Assembly: GCA_015680685.1 (NCBI GenBank)
Contig: MNCI01003034.1
Span: 20,482 to 84,481 of the forward strand
DNA from: Gnetum montanum
Taxonomy: Eukaryota > Plantae > Gnetophyta
Direction: 5' to 3'
DNA: 64,000 nt
Below, in pieces: positions 25,059 to 39,772 of this stretch. Every line of letters starts with the position of its first letter. The stretch's first letter is position 1. Below the pieces are notes generated by a model. That model was not told the DNA's origin. It did not search any database and saw only the letters and a program-made list of their open reading frames with translations. Made by a program: the position numbers and the translations under genes.

Positions 25059-27430
25059 TGTAACACCCCAAACTAAAAATAGAATCAAGAACAAAATAGC
25101 TAATAAAAAATAATTAATTGAATAAGCAAAATGAAAGCAAATGTAACATGGACCAAAATATTAGAAAATAAATTAAATAGAAACTTCTAAATATATGTTT
25201 TTTTTATCAAAGCAACATAATAATACTTGAAATATTAGCCAAATAATCCTAACTACTAATCAAGTAAATTCAATTATAAATATTGATCCTTAGAACATTT
25301 AGGTAAAAGATACATGAAAATTCTAAGACAACATTAAGATTCTTCTAAGATAAGAGCATGAGAGCATCATTTATGATAGAAAATTTCTAGATACATGTTG
25401 CACTACTAGGACCTATAGCACTACCTAGAATACTTTGAAATGTTAAGAGAGTTACATGATTAAGAAGGAATCAATTATAAGAACTCCCTATTCAAACCAT
25501 AGTAAGGGATCACGTATTGGAATTGCACAACATGGAGGACTCAACCTATATAACCAATCAACAATATGCACTCTTCTACTACTTATTACTCCTACCTCCT
25601 CTATCTTCTCACCACCACATTATATCTACATAAATCATTAATGAATACAAGATAACCATCAAGACCTTTCACTATCTTTGGTATTTAGCTTTTACATCCT
25701 TTCTCCATCTTATATATTACCATCTTTAGAACCATTCACTATCTTAGACCCTTCTATAATCAAGTAGTTCTTCATCTATATTCTACTTGCCTATCGAAGC
25801 TAGCCCCAACTAAACACCCAACCAATGGTAAGAAAGAGAGATCCAAACCAATAGAGAAAAACATATAGGAAATCTCCATCACTACTAATGATTTCCTCTT
25901 GCTTCATTTATTCCTAATAATCACTCAAGGCTTACTAAAAATGCTCATGAAATGAAATAAAGAATATGGAAGAGGTCCAAAATTTCAAAGTGGTTCAAAA
26001 TTATATATCTAGATTCTATAGATAATAATTGATATGTTTTAATCATATCTCTCTAACCTAGAAATGCTTATAATATTATCATACCTAGAAATATTGTTAC
26101 CATATACACCATCACTTATAAAGCCTCAAAATTCATACTCCCTACTAAAATGTTTACCCTAGCATGGATCTACTACTAGTCTTCCCTCATTTTGCTATAG
26201 AGTTTCCTAAGATCACATATAAAGTTTCTTGATTTGATTTTTTTCCAACTGTCAAATGCACTCGATAGTCTATTTGGTTACATGTATAAATCTAGGATCT
26301 TGTTCTTTCATAGACATGAGAGTTTTATTAAAAGGCATGCGACTTCTATAATTCACATAATACTTTAATTGGTTTGAGACTTCATATTAAACTAAGACTT
26401 TGTTTAAACATAAGACATTTCAACTATCTTGATATGAGACTACATAAATATAAAATATTTAAGAAATTACCTTGCACTTAATATTATCCAAATATTATCT
26501 TGACATCTAATCAACATAATCTCATAATATGATTTAGTAATACATGATAATGCTAACAAGTTATGCTTATCTAAGTATCCCACTTTGCATGATATTATTC
26601 CATGGTACCTACTAATAGTTCGATAAGGTAACATATTAAAAACATATTGATTAATCCAAAAATATTTACATGTAATTAATAAACATAGAAGTTAAACTAA
26701 AAACCATACCATATTGCTACTAGCTTGCCAAGTGACCAATAATATACTAGCCAAGGATTCAAATTCCAAAGCACTTGGACATCCTATAGCTAACTATCAA
26801 TATTATTTGAGGAGATTTAAATTAGGAATGCTATATTTGAGGAAAATAAATTTATTATATTTTTAACTTATGTTGATTTTCTATTAAAGATCTACCAACC
26901 ACTAATCACAAGTCTTGACTAGAATTATAGTATGTGCATCTCATCTCTCTAGTTACTTGAGTGAAGATAGGAAAAATTCTTATTTTCAACTTAATTTTTG
27001 AATGGTATCATATCTAAACATAAATAGATAAAATAAAATACTTTCTATAGCTATAGCCTTAAATGAACAATTGAAGTAGAGATATGAATAGCTAGCTAAG
27101 GATGGATGACTTCAAACAAATAGCTGAGATTAGTCTTTACCTTAGAAAAATCATCTAACATCTGCTCATAATCACTATACCTATATAAGGAATAAGGGGG
27201 GTGCATGGGATTTTTTTTAAAATAGCTTAGCTAGCTATAGTTGTTAGCCAAGATGAGGGAATAGTGGGGTATAGCATTTTCTAGTGCAATTTTTAAGCTA
27301 GTAGAGGGTAGTTGTATGATATTAGGTTGTTGATTTTTGTTATAGAGGTAGTAGTGTCACTAATAGAATGATTAAGTAATTAGCTCAGTGTATTTTAGTT
27401 ACAAGGATAGTAGTTTGATTCATAGTTTTG
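25059..27430. mobile_element. Degenerate chromovirus (Tekay-like) LTR fragment
   Basis: Begins TGTAACACCCC, a typical Tekay/Del terminus. Non-coding and strand-biased. The far boundary is uncertain. Confidence 0.4.
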
Positions 27431-29646
27431 GCTAATAATGAGGTATTAGCCTAATGGTATGGATCTTGGCTTGGTAACCCTAGGTCATAGGTTTGATTCT
27501 ACTAGATGTTACTGAATTATAAACTTCTATAAATCTTGGGATGTATCTATGTTTCACTCATTTTGAGTTCCAATATCCCTCCCCTACCATCATAGTTTAG
27601 GAATCATTATGTTTTTATATAATTCCTTTTACAAAATTAATAATTATGTTAATAAAAACTATACCCTACTATGTCATTCCTGTTCTTAACAACTATACTC
27701 TAATAAAGTATTATAAAAAATTTATGTATATCCTACTTAACAAAAATAAATCATATCCATTTATATTGAATTTTTTGACATTTTGATATGTCAAAATGTT
27801 AAGAAAAATGGATAACATCGAATGTTATGAAATGTGAATGGAGAACCTCAAGAAGAGAGATCTACAAAGAGGAGACTACAAGGATTCAAGGAGCATAAAC
27901 AAGCATGGATAAAGATGAAGGCTATGAATAAGATGAAGATGCTCTAGTGATCAAGTGAAAGCTTTGGGAATCAAATTTTAAAAGCTAAGAAGATACCTCC
28001 TAGAACAAAAGACATCTTGGCCAAAGTGGAGCACATGTAGAGAAGACATTTACCAAAAACAAGAGAGGTCTCTTATAAGAAAGAGACATCTCAATATAGA
28101 CATCCTAATTGTAGAAGAGACGTCTCCATAGAATTAAAGTCATTTTTAGCAAGACATCCCAATCTTGAAGGAGACATCTACACTAGTCGTTAAATAGTTG
28201 TTGCATGAATTTTGAGATGATTTTGGAAACTTCGAGGCTATAAGAAGACTTCATTCTCTTGAGTATTATGTAAGTTTTGTGCATGAATTGTCACTATCAA
28301 AGTAATCATTGTATATTATACTTTTGTACTTCATTTGTAAAATCATTTGCTTGATTGATTATTAAGTTGTGTTTCAAAGTACAAGGATCTATAAAGTGAG
28401 TTACATTCTTTCCTTGTGATTTTGTTTCTCTCTTGTTGCCCTGTTGGGGTTGATGTGCTTCTTATAAGAAGGAATCATCATTAAGCTTGTTAGGATCATG
28501 TAGGATTAAGTGTTTGTGCAACATCAAAACACTCTAAAGTAGAGCTAAATTTGTAAAGGCTATGGAATCCTTGAAACAACATTCTAAGCTTGTTGGAACC
28601 TTGTGGAATTAAGTGGTTTTGCAACAATGAAATACTCTAGAGTGAAGCTTAGAGCTTGTCCAAGGTGTGGTACTCTTTTTATGAACCATGATTTATCAGG
28701 CTCCAATATTGGACCCTCAATATTGGGTATGCGATATCGTGGTCTCACTAGCGATATTGGACACATGATATCGTGGTTTCCATGTGAGCCTATAAATACA
28801 CAATGGGGAAAAAGGGAAAGGAATAGGAAAATTTAGTGTTAGAGTAGGATCCTTTTGTTAGTTTTCAATTTCTCTCAACCCTTTCCCTAGTGCATGCCCA
28901 TAGTGTCATGATTGTAATTGTATGAAATCTTTATTCGAGTGTGACGTACTTGGACATGTACATTACTGGCAATAAAGATCAAGATTACTTCATCATTGCA
29001 GCATTCACTTAGTTTTAACTATTATTTATTGCTTTCTCACTTAATATCTCTTTACCTTCCTCTCCTATCCTTGTTATTAAATGTAGAATGAGTACGACTT
29101 AATCGTGAGCATTTAAGTGTGACTACTTGGTATTCCAGTAGCGTACCTAGGACATGTGCTGGGTAATCCCAGTAGTAGTACACGAGGTCTAAGATGTGTA
29201 TAGATGATTAAGAACAGATTCTCATCACACTTAGGCTAGCTTAGATTCTCTCCTCCCATTCCCTCTTAGCTTAATTAAAGTTATTTTCCATTGCCTCTAG
29301 GAGTAGCACTAGTTTAGGACCACATCATACACCTCACTTTGGACTAAACCATATGTGACAAAGCAAATACTATTCTAGGTGGGAAGATAGCGAACTACGA
29401 TCAATAAGTAACTATCTAGATACCACAACTAGTCCATCTGTGGAGTTCAATCAGATTATGTCTGAATGCTCGTATTCGTATGGTTGAGTGTAGGGGTACC
29501 TCACTACTTGTCATTGGTGCCATTTCTAGGGATGGTGCCAGTTATTTAGATTAGTTATATCATACAAGATCACTGTAACAAAGTATTCATGATATATTTT
29601 TTAGAAAAGAAATTAATTTCAATTAAGTCACATACTATTCACAAAA

Positions 29647-30800
29647 ATGTCTCTCTCACAAGACTATGACAACATAACAACTAGTAAAGCAATTCATTGG
29701 AGAACCAATGAATTATACAATGATGAAGATGAAGTTTGGAGTACTCAATCTGATGCAGAGGTCTCCTATGTACATAAACAAAGAAAACATCATCCCAACT
29801 CACAAATTCATAACCTACCTAGTGATGATGAACCTTGCTGGCCACTAAGAGACTAATGCATATACATGAGGTTGTTCGAATATCATGTAGTCATCATAAG
29901 GAAATTCATCTACCCAGGCTTATTTGAAAAAACTTTTCCAAATTTTTAGGAGCCTATGATTTAGATCCACAACATCATTTACAGGCCACGATGCCTGTGT
30001 ATGGAATAATATTGATAATGGGTGGCAAAAACTTAAGCTCTTTCCTATGACACTCGTTGGCCAAGCAAAAGTATGGTACAGGTTCTTAAGACCAAAATCA
30101 ATTCAACGTTGGCTGACAATGGTAGAACTCTTTAATGAAAGATATAAAACCTATGCAACAGTGTCATCCTTGAGGAGACAAATCCAAGAATGAAAACAAG
30201 GACAACATGAACCCTTGGACATGGCCTTAGAAATATACTATTCATTGTTAAACAATTGCCTATGCCATGGACTTCGTAATGAAACAAGGGAAATCCTAGG
30301 GATGTATGCCCCATGTCAACTATACGAGCTACAAACCCACCAATTTCAAGAGCTTATCAAGTAGGTAGCAAAAGAAGAAGGAGAAATGCTAAATGGGAGA
30401 ATGTTAAAAATATCAATGAGACCAAAATCTCAAGTTAACAAAGGTCCATGATCAGGAAGAGGAGAAATCAACTCATCTCAAGGAGGTGGAATCATCTTTG
30501 CAATACTACAATCATTGGATGAAGTTGAGGCAAACATCAATAAGATGATGGAATGGATACATGAAAAATGTGGACAATATACCAACACTATTAGAGGTAG
30601 AATCATGAAGAACCAAGAAGCAGGATAGAACACCCTTAGATAATCAGAAATAAGGCTTGAAAAGAATAAGAACTCAATTTCTAATCATATGTATCAATGT
30701 AACATTTGCCTATATGATCACCCCAAAGGTTAATGCCCAATTTTGTCACATTTTCATGAGCATTGGGGAGGAATGTTACATCCAGAGTTCATACAAAAAT
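29647..30800 (+). pseudogene. gag: Athila-type gag remnant of B1
   Basis: WQKLKLFPMTLVGQAKVWYRFLRPKSI..W..MVELFNERY..LRRQIQ, homologous to B3 gag. Confidence 0.8.
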
Positions 30801-32970
30801 ACTATGTTCAATCATAGTGGCAAAAATCCTAGTCATGGGGGAGGCCACCCCTAAACTAGTCACAACCTTCATACCGTCCGAACCCAAGCACCTATCAAGT
30901 TTAGCATCTTGTTTCCCCAACTAGGTCAACATCCTCTATCTCACCACATTGTTATCATTCTCCTAAATACTATTAACCCATATCCTATTCAACATGATCA
31001 CCACCTCATGTGCCTTACACTTTTCCTCAACCTCAACATTCCCATCCTTCACCTCTTTCTATATTTCCACCAATTATACTAGAAGGTTTTACACAACAGC
31101 ACCAACCCACGAACATTACTTGTGCTACTACTATCAACAGTAGTGGAGGTACTCAAAAGTGTTCTTTCTTCAGGCATGGCTGTAGAAAGAAACAACACAA
31201 TTTTGAAACCACTGCATCCTCAAACTCAGCACAAGCCAAACACTATGGTGCATATTTCTCCTCAAACTCAATGCCTCGTGTTACTTTATCAGGGCCACCA
31301 ATCAATACTCCAACAACCATGTGACCTAATGAATCTAGCCACGAAGGGAGACATATTAATCCTTGCATACCATCTTACAGTCACAGGTGCCATAGTGGGT
31401 TAGCTTCTTATCACATGACCACATCTTATAATCTACCCCACTATGCCTACTACAATCAAGTGTATGAACCCCAATTTGGGTATATTCCTACCACCACCTC
31501 AAAAGACACCTAGTGGTTTGGATATGACTGGACTCTAATCTTTCCAAAATTCTTGGATCCAAATTTTCCATTTATTAATTTTAGCCATACTCAAGGGTTT
31601 ATTCATGGGGGATATCCTCCATTCTAACAAGCAGAATTAATAAATAATTTTCATTTTCTTTAATTTCACAATTTTTTGTTTTCCAATTTTTGATCTTTCA
31701 ATTTATTATTTTATCTTTTTATCTTTTTATGAGCAATATCATCTATGAATAACTCATATGACTCATTGGTTGAGGTGTTGTTCTTTGCTATCAAGTCTCG
31801 AGTAACTAATTATTTGGACAGTGAACTCATCACATCCACACAACCATTTTATTAATAAGAGGTTCTATTTTGGGTGTGATGATATTCTTGATATCATTAA
31901 AACTTAAAGTAATTTTATGCTCATTATACCTAGAGTGAAAAAGGATGGACCAAGAGGGAATGGCCAAGGTGTGACATCAAGGGGACTTGTGGATTCTCTT
32001 TGGTGACATCTATAGGAGTTACCATGTAGCTTGGGTGTACTAAGATCCTTGTAGATCTAATGAAAAATGGAAGTAAGAGTAATCAAGACACTCACTCAAG
32101 AAAACCAATACTATTCTAGGGGGTCCCACTGAAAAGACATGCACCCATGCTTAAAGGTAGGTGGCTTCTCTAGATTAAGCATTTAAAAAAGAAAGAAGAA
32201 AAAGAGAAGAAAGAGCAAGAAGAGTGTGCCAAAGCAACCACATAAAAAGAAAAACAAAAGATCAAGATCAAAGTACCACAAAGTAATTCAAAATCACTCC
32301 TCCCTTGAATAAAACACCAAGTGATCGTACATCTTATTATCGTGGTACTCTTATGGTTGTCCATCATGGGATGAAATAATGTGATGTCACTAATAAGAGG
32401 AATGGACCTGGTCTTGATTTTGGAGTGATGGGCTAATGACACATTAATCACATCCTACACTTAAGATTCATTGTGTCGTGGGCTAGTTATCTCATGTCCC
32501 AATCTCTACAATCCCTTCTACAATATCTACATGTGTGTGTTTTGTGGAAATGGTGTGGATTACATTTAACCCTTCTAGTGCCTGAAAACATTTTAAAGTG
32601 TGGTTACACAAAGGCATTATAGGTTGGAACCTCCTTTGGGGAGAACCCACTTGTGTAACTTTTGTAATTTGTACTTGTTGCACACCACCACATCATTTTA
32701 TACCCTCCGAGTACTTCATTTCCAAATCTATTCTTTCCTTTGTTATTATTTTATCAACATTCCTCAAAACCATTACATGTCCTTTTATGTGTCACCTAAA
32801 CAAATAAGGTCTAACATTAAAATTTTAGGGAAACTTCCTTGAAAAATTTTCTAACTCTAAAATCATACTAAGCAAAGAATTCAACATTTATTAAAGGCAA
32901 TGAGTAAGGTATGAAATAATTAAAATTCTTTCAATAACCTTACTAATAATTGATCTTTGTGTGATTATAG

Positions 32971-33480
32971 ATGGCCCCTAAAAGAGGAAAATAAGGAGGA
33001 CCTTCTCAAGGTGCAACTGAATGCCCAGGGGGAGGCAGAGCATGCAAAACATGTAGAGCAGGAGGCACAATCATTCAGCATCCATCAGGGAACTCCTGTC
33101 ACTGCACAATCTGGCCAAGCAAAAGGTGGAGAGGTAAAGGCTCGAGCCTATGAAGAGGAATGATGGCTATTTGTGACATGGCATGTCAAGGCCAATCAAG
33201 TGTTCTCGCAGCTTCCATGTCCATGGGAAGTGCTGCCTCCATCAAACATTGGAACATCAACATGGATGGATCATAATTCTTAGATAGAAGATGAGAAATG
33301 TTAGGTGCTTTTTCAACAGTATCAATCTCAGAAGCTTGGAGCATAGGACAAAGGAAAGGCACCCATGGAAGAGCCACCACCACTAAGAACCACATGAGTT
33401 CCAATAAATTTTGTGATTCTGTTTCTATGTCCCAATTTTATTTTGTGCAATCCTCCACTATGGCATGGATAAATTCTTAG
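32971..33480 (+). pseudogene. Short 3' accessory ORF remnant of B1, in the env-like position
   Basis: ATG (MAPKRGK*GGPSQ...) lies immediately after a branch/pyrimidine tract and TATAG acceptor, between the internal and terminal PPTs. Confidence 0.5.
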
Positions 33481-34745
33481 TTAGTCAATAATCCCATACC
33501 TATCCACTATGTAATCAATGGGGCTTGTTCTCATTTTTTTCAACTTGAGGATGAGTTTGAATTCAGTCATGGGGGTATGATGAACCATGATTTGTTAGGC
33601 TCTGATATTGGACCCTTGATATTGAACCCTTGATATTAGGTATGTGATATCGTGGCCTCACTAGTGATATCGGATACATGATATCATGGTTCCTGTGTNA
33701 ATTTAATAAGAGAGATAGGAGAGGAAGGTAAAGAGATATTAAGTAAGAAATCAATAAATAATAGTTAAAACTAAGTGAATGCTGCAATGATGAAGTAATC
33801 TCGATNNNNNNNNNNNNNNNNNNNNNNNNNNNNNNNNNNNNNNNNNNNNNNNNNNNNNNNNNNNNNNNNNNNNNNNNNNNNNNNNNNNNNNNNNNNNNNN
33901 NNNNNNNNNNNNNNNNNNGATATCGGATACATGATATCATGGTTCCTGTGTGAGCCTATAAATACACAATGGGGTGCATGGGAAAGGAATAGGAAAATTT
34001 AGTATTAGAGTAGGATCTTTTTGTTAGTTTTCAATTTCTCTCAACCCTTTCCCTAGTGCATGCTTGCAGTGTGATGATTGTAATTGTATAGAACCTTTAT
34101 TCGAGTGTGACGTACTTGGACATGCACATAACCAGCAATAAAGATCGAGATTANGGACATGCACTTGGTAGTCCCAGTAGTAGTACACAAGGTCCAAGAT
34201 GTGTACAAATGATTAAGAACAGATGCTCATCACACTTAGGCTAGCTTAGATTCTCTCCTCCCATTATCTCTTAGCTTAATTAAAGTTATTTTCCATTGCC
34301 TCTAGGAGTAGCACTAGTTTAGGACCACATCATACACCTCACTTTGGACTAAACCATACGTGACAAAGCAAATACTAGTCCAGGTGGAAAGACAATGAAC
34401 TAAAATCAAAAAGTAACTATCTAAATACCACAACTAGTCCATCTATGGAGTTTGACTACATCATGCATGAACGCTCATATTCGTATGATTGAGTGTAGGG
34501 GTACCTCGCCACTCATCACCTTCAAACCACATTTTTCAAAAACAAAATCTAGAGGTATGTAAGGATTCTACCCTTCAAGTGTGAACATACCCAAGTTAGG
34601 AAACCACGTAAAAATTGAAAATGGTTTTTATTGTTGTTAATTTTTTCTTGGGAAACATATTCATCCCCCCTTCTAAGTTCTACAATCCTCAAGTGGTATT
34701 AGAGCCCAGTACTCCTAGTTTTGAGCATAATAACTTAGTAGTGAA

Positions 34746-36024
34746 TGATGGAAGGCAGATCATACATCAAGTCATGAATTTTTAATGGGATCATCTTTAC
34801 ATGATGGAAGACTCAAATGCAAAAATTCTTTAAGTATGTAAGGTTTATAGTTTTGGTATTCATCTTGGATGAATGCACTCAACTCATTAGTAGCATTTTC
34901 CATAGCAAAGATAAGAGTAGACGTAAGCAATCTAAAATTTCAAATTTTGATACTTTGTCTATGGAATGTTGGATATGTGGTGAAAGAGTCCGTATGGCCT
35001 CTAAATGTCCCAATGCTTATAGGTTTCAAAATAAATAGTATAGTGAAGAAAGGAAGAGAAAAAGTAGCATATATACAAGTTGGGATGATGAAGAGGAAAC
35101 AAATCAAGAATATAAGAAGGAGAAAATTATCTACACTAGCTAGGACAATGGAGAAAAAGTGAGGAAGAGGTAGATAACACTACAAAGGACTCACACCTCA
35201 TCTACATGGATCTTACAAATGATGATGCTAGTATTTCTAATGATGATGATGGAATTAAAAATGATGAAGCAAGGTATGAACTCTTGTGTTCTCTTCAAAA
35301 TATTTGTATAAAGTTGAATAAGGAATTGAAGAATAAGGATCAAGATCTCTTCATATCAAATATGAAAATTTTAGACCTTACAAAAGAAAACTCAAACCTC
35401 AAGGCTAAGAATAAAAAACTAACCTTGTCCTATGAGAAAATTAAGGATGAACTTGCAGATGCTAAACTTGTAAATGAGAGGCTGGCCAAAGGAAACGAGT
35501 CCTTCCAGATAGTTCTTGAACATGGAAGAAGTCCACATGATAAAAGTGGACTAGGATGTTATTCACAAGAAGAAGCATCTACACACACTTCATCCCAATA
35601 GAAGGCTTCTCCAAAGATTAAAGTGTCAACAAGTACTACTTTTCAACCAAGAGAAACTCCAAGGTTTAATCACTTTAACCACAATGAAAAGGTTATATGT
35701 TATTACTGTAATAGGTTTGGGCATAAGAAATGGAATTGCAATTTCAAATATTATCTCATGAACACATGGTCGTATCATAAGACTCCTTAGTCTTATCCAA
35801 ATGCACCTAGAAAGGAAACTATGCAAGACCATACAAAGAATTGGACAACTCAAAAGGAAAAGGGAGTTAAGAAAGAATGGACAGTAAAAAAAAAAAAAAA
35901 GGAACAGGAAAATGAGAAGACTCTCTCAAAACAATTTGTGAAAGGAAGCCAAGCCTTGAAAATTGAAGAAGACTATGTAAGAAGAGAAACCTTGAAAGAG
36001 GAATCTCAATCTCTAGCCTACTAA
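34746..36024 (+). pseudogene. gag: SIRE-type gag remnant
   Basis: MEGRSY..IFNG.IFT.WKTQMQ.F, knuckle CWICGERVRMASKC, coiled coil, GRSPHDKSGLG, and a second knuckle CYYCNRFGHKKWNC. Confidence 0.8.
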
Positions 36025-37802
36025 GCACCTTCATTCTCTTCAGCAAGAAATGTAAGGAGATACTCCATGATAGAGGACCTCATCTCAATCTTTCTTAGTC
36101 TTTTGCATTTGAATTGCAAGTAAGGTAAGTTATGATAAGTTTCTATTTCCTTGCTTACTAGAAATTATGCTAGTTTTTAATTTTTTAAGGATATTTGGAC
36201 TATTAAGGAATTTGTTTTAATATGAAAATTAGCTCTAGGTTCTACAAATGATAAGTACATTGTAGAAGTAGATATTTGGTATTAATGGGGCATTACTGGA
36301 ATATTTAATTAGGGTATCTTTTGTGAACATATGAGCATGATGTGATTAGTTTTATGGTTGAATGGAAACTTGTGCTACTTTTAATGTTTTTATTAAAAAA
36401 TCATCTTTTTGATTCTAACTGTATAGGTTTCAAGTGGCTTAAAACCCTCACATGTAATTAATGGACCAAAAGCTTTGTCTTGAACTTTCATTATATATTT
36501 TGTGATATGGTATTGTGCTTCTCTCTAAAATCACAAAGTTCAATTTCTTTATAAAATATTTTTTATCTATGATAATTTAAGCCTTTTGAATTGATACCTT
36601 TGATGTAATTCATGAATCTTCTGAGAAAAGGAACATTTCAAGAGGAATTATCAAGAAGTATGATTAATTGAAGACTTTATTCTCCACACTTGATCTTAAT
36701 GTTGCATTGTAGGGGTAGTGATTCAATGATAAAAGAGCCATGATGATTACAAGTTAATCTAGAAAGACCCAAAGGGAGAATTAGAATGAGAAGGATATCT
36801 ACACATATGCAAGGGGAGCCTATACCTAATCATCTATTATCATCCAAGAGGCCACCAATATAGGGGGAGTCTTTTAAGTATTTTACGAAAAGATGCTCAA
36901 GTAGCAAAACTTCACATTCCAAATTTTATAGCTGAAAATGACTAAGAAGAATATGGTAAAGTATCCAAGGTAAAAGGATAGGTTAAATTTGTTAAATATA
37001 TCTTTTGAATATTATACTCTTTGATGTATTTCTTATGACTAGCATTTAAATTTACCATGAACATCAAGTTTCCTTACTATTCTTTGATGTCTCACTTATC
37101 ATGGACAACATTCTATGTGGAAATCTTATTAAGAACATATTTGGTATTTTTGAAATAATTAGCATGATAAGTTGTGTTTCATTGATATTTCTTGTTATTA
37201 TTTGATCTTGTTCTAAGTATGTATTAAATCTCTTGCCATGAAATTGCTATAGAAGCTTCATAGGGGTAGAATTTTGGATGAATATATTTTTCACTAATAG
37301 AATAATTGGTTCTATAGAAAGGTTTCATGTTTTAAAGGCTCAAACTTTGGACTTTAGCCTCTTGGGTTTCATTTCTCCTAAACATGAATTGTAAGGCTTG
37401 GATTAGTTATTTTTTCTGAATAGATAAGGGGTAGCACTTAATTAGTTTCTCATCATCAACCCTATAGTTTTTTAATTGCATGTTCTTCTTTGGAAAAATT
37501 TTAATATATTATTATTATTATTATTATTATTATTATCATAATCAAGTCCACATGTGTTCATTATGAAATTTTGAAAATCCATATCCAATTTTTTTCTTGT
37601 GCATAGCATTGCTCCACTTCTTTTTGATGATGTCCAAAAAGGGGGAGAAGTTGGTATTAGTGTTGATGACTATGATGTGATGTGATGATGTATGTGTGGA
37701 TGATAAGTGTTATAAGAAATATTTAAAATATATGACTTGATGAATTCTAGAAACTACTAACTCATTTTCTTAATTTTTGAACATCACCAAAAAGGGGGAG
37801 AT

Positions 37803-38898
37803 TGTTGTCCTTTTGGTATGTCAAAACCTTAAGGAAAATGAAAAACATAGAATGTTGTGGAATGTGATGTTTTGTAGGGCTTGAATGGGAGCTCAAGAAG
37901 AGAGATATACAAAGAGAAAACTACAAGTCTTCAATGGAGCATGAACAAGCATGAAAAAGCATGAATAAAGATGAAGCCTATGAATTAGATGAAGATGCTC
38001 TAGTAATCAAGAGTAAGATTCGAGAATCAAAGTTCAAAAGCTAAGAAGATGTCTCCCAGAAGTAGAAGACATCTTAGCCAAAGTAGAGCATATGAAAAAG
38101 GAGGTCTTCCAAAAATAGGAGATTTCTCCTATCAAAAGAAGACATCTTCATAGAGACATCCCAATTGTAGAAGAGACATCACCCCAAAATTGAAGTTATT
38201 TTTAGCGAGATGTCCCAATCTTGAAGGAGACGTCTACACTAGCCGTTAAATAATTGTTGCCTGATTTCTAAGGTGATTTTAGAAACTTTGAGGCTATAAG
38301 AAGACTTTATTCTCTTGGATATTATGCAAGTGTTGTGCATGAATTATCACTATCAAAGTTATCATTGTATATTATACTTGTGTGCTTCATTTGTAAAATC
38401 ATTCACTTGAATGATTGTTAAGTTGTGCTTCAAAGTACAAGGATTTGTAAAGTGAGTTACATTCTTTCTATATGATTTTGTTTCTCTCTCATTGCCATAC
38501 TAGGGTTGATGTGCTTCTTGTGAGAAGGCATTGTCATTGAGCTTGTTGGGATCTTGTGGAATTGAGTTTTTGTACAACAACAAAATAGTCTAGAGCTTAG
38601 CTCAATTTGTAAAGTTTGTGAGATCCTTGAAGACACATTCTAAGCTTGTTAGGACCTTGCAAGATTGAGTGGTTTCACAGTAATGAAACACCCTAGAGCA
38701 GAGCTTAAAGCTTGTATAGGGTGTGATACCCTTCAAACCACATTTTTGAGTAACAAAGTCTGGAGGTGTGAAAGGATTCTACCCTCCAATTCTAGATGTA
38801 CCCAAGTTGGGAAACCATGTAAAAAGTTTGTGTGGTTTTTGTGGTAAAATTTTTCTTGGGAAACTTATTCATCCCCCTTGTAAGTTTTAAAATCCTCA
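37803..38898 (+). repeat. 3' LTR of the SIRE-like element
   Basis: TGTTG...ATCCTCA, colinear with 27773-28678 plus 34519-34691. Contains repeated AGACRTCT motifs. Confidence 0.9.
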
Positions 38899-39772
38899 AA
38901 ATCTAAAACCTATGTACCTTTAATTAGAGAAACATACTCACATACACTTGCTACTACCTTCACACCTCATACAACCTACCTACTATCTCTATTTTAAAAA
39001 CCAATATCATAACATACTACACCCTATACTTACTACCCTCATACTAACTAGAATCATGCTAACAATAATTATATCCTTCTATGTTCTTTCCCTACAAACA
39101 CCTATACCATACTAAAGGATTCTAAAACTTTTGCATATACCCATCTTCTTCCAACTACAATATAATCCCTCATCCATAATCTTGGATTTGGAATCCTTAA
39201 ATCCTAAAAACATACATGTTAATATCATTTATAACACATCTACCCTTACTACTACCTCTATGAGTGGAGGTTGTTGAACCTAAAATTAACAAATAATAAA
39301 AAAATATCACAATGAAAAAACATAAATAACAACAAAAAATAGGCAAAAAATCAGACAAGAAGAACACAAAAAAATAAGAAAAAAATATATAAGATGAAAA
39401 AAAAAATAGAAAAAGAAAAGAAAAGAGGATTCATGTTGAGGGTAGTGACAACACCTTCCTTGAAATACCTCCATAAATCCAATTTAATCAATCAAAACTT
39501 TCATAATGACTATAACTTTAGTTCAAGACATATAGCCTACATAATATATTATAAGAATTATAGAAGAAAATAATGATGTCTAAATTATGAATCGAACTAC
39601 AAACCTCTTAACTAATAAGATAATGAGCTAACAACTTAACCCACCTATTAGAGGTAGTACCACCTCTATAACAAAAATCAATAATGTAATATCATACTAC
39701 TACCCTCTACTAACTTAAGAATTTCACTTAAAAAAGTAATTTCCTACTTCCTCCTCATCCTACCTAACAACT

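Larger units (their letters stand above)
28679..34518 (+). mobile_element. Non-autonomous Athila-like Ty3/gypsy element B1 (gag plus short 3' ORF, no pol)
   Basis: LTRs 28679-29513 and 33578-34518 (TGATG...CATCA type). PBS TGGTGCCATTTCTAGGGAT (decayed tRNA-Asp type). PPT CATGGGGG at ~33568 with an internal copy at ~31603. Decayed TSD TCTTT/CCTTC. Confidence 0.88.
27773..38898 (+). mobile_element. Non-autonomous SIRE-like Ty1/copia element whose 5' LTR is interrupted by Athila-like B1
   Basis: 5' LTR 27773-28678 plus 34519-34691, 3' LTR 37803-38898. PBS TGGTATTAGAGCC at 34694. Duplicated PPT AAAAAGGGGGAGA at ~37636 and ~37789. Decayed TSD GAATT/AAATC. Confidence 0.88.

Noticed and set aside
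27441-27508. tRNA gene
   Set aside because: The A and B boxes are degenerate and no full cloverleaf could be folded. Treated only as a tRNA-like remnant.
33700-33918. Inverted LTR segment and local duplication within the B1 3' LTR
   Set aside because: Bounded by Ns, and the same segment is missing at the N at 34154, so it is most likely a mis-oriented contig.
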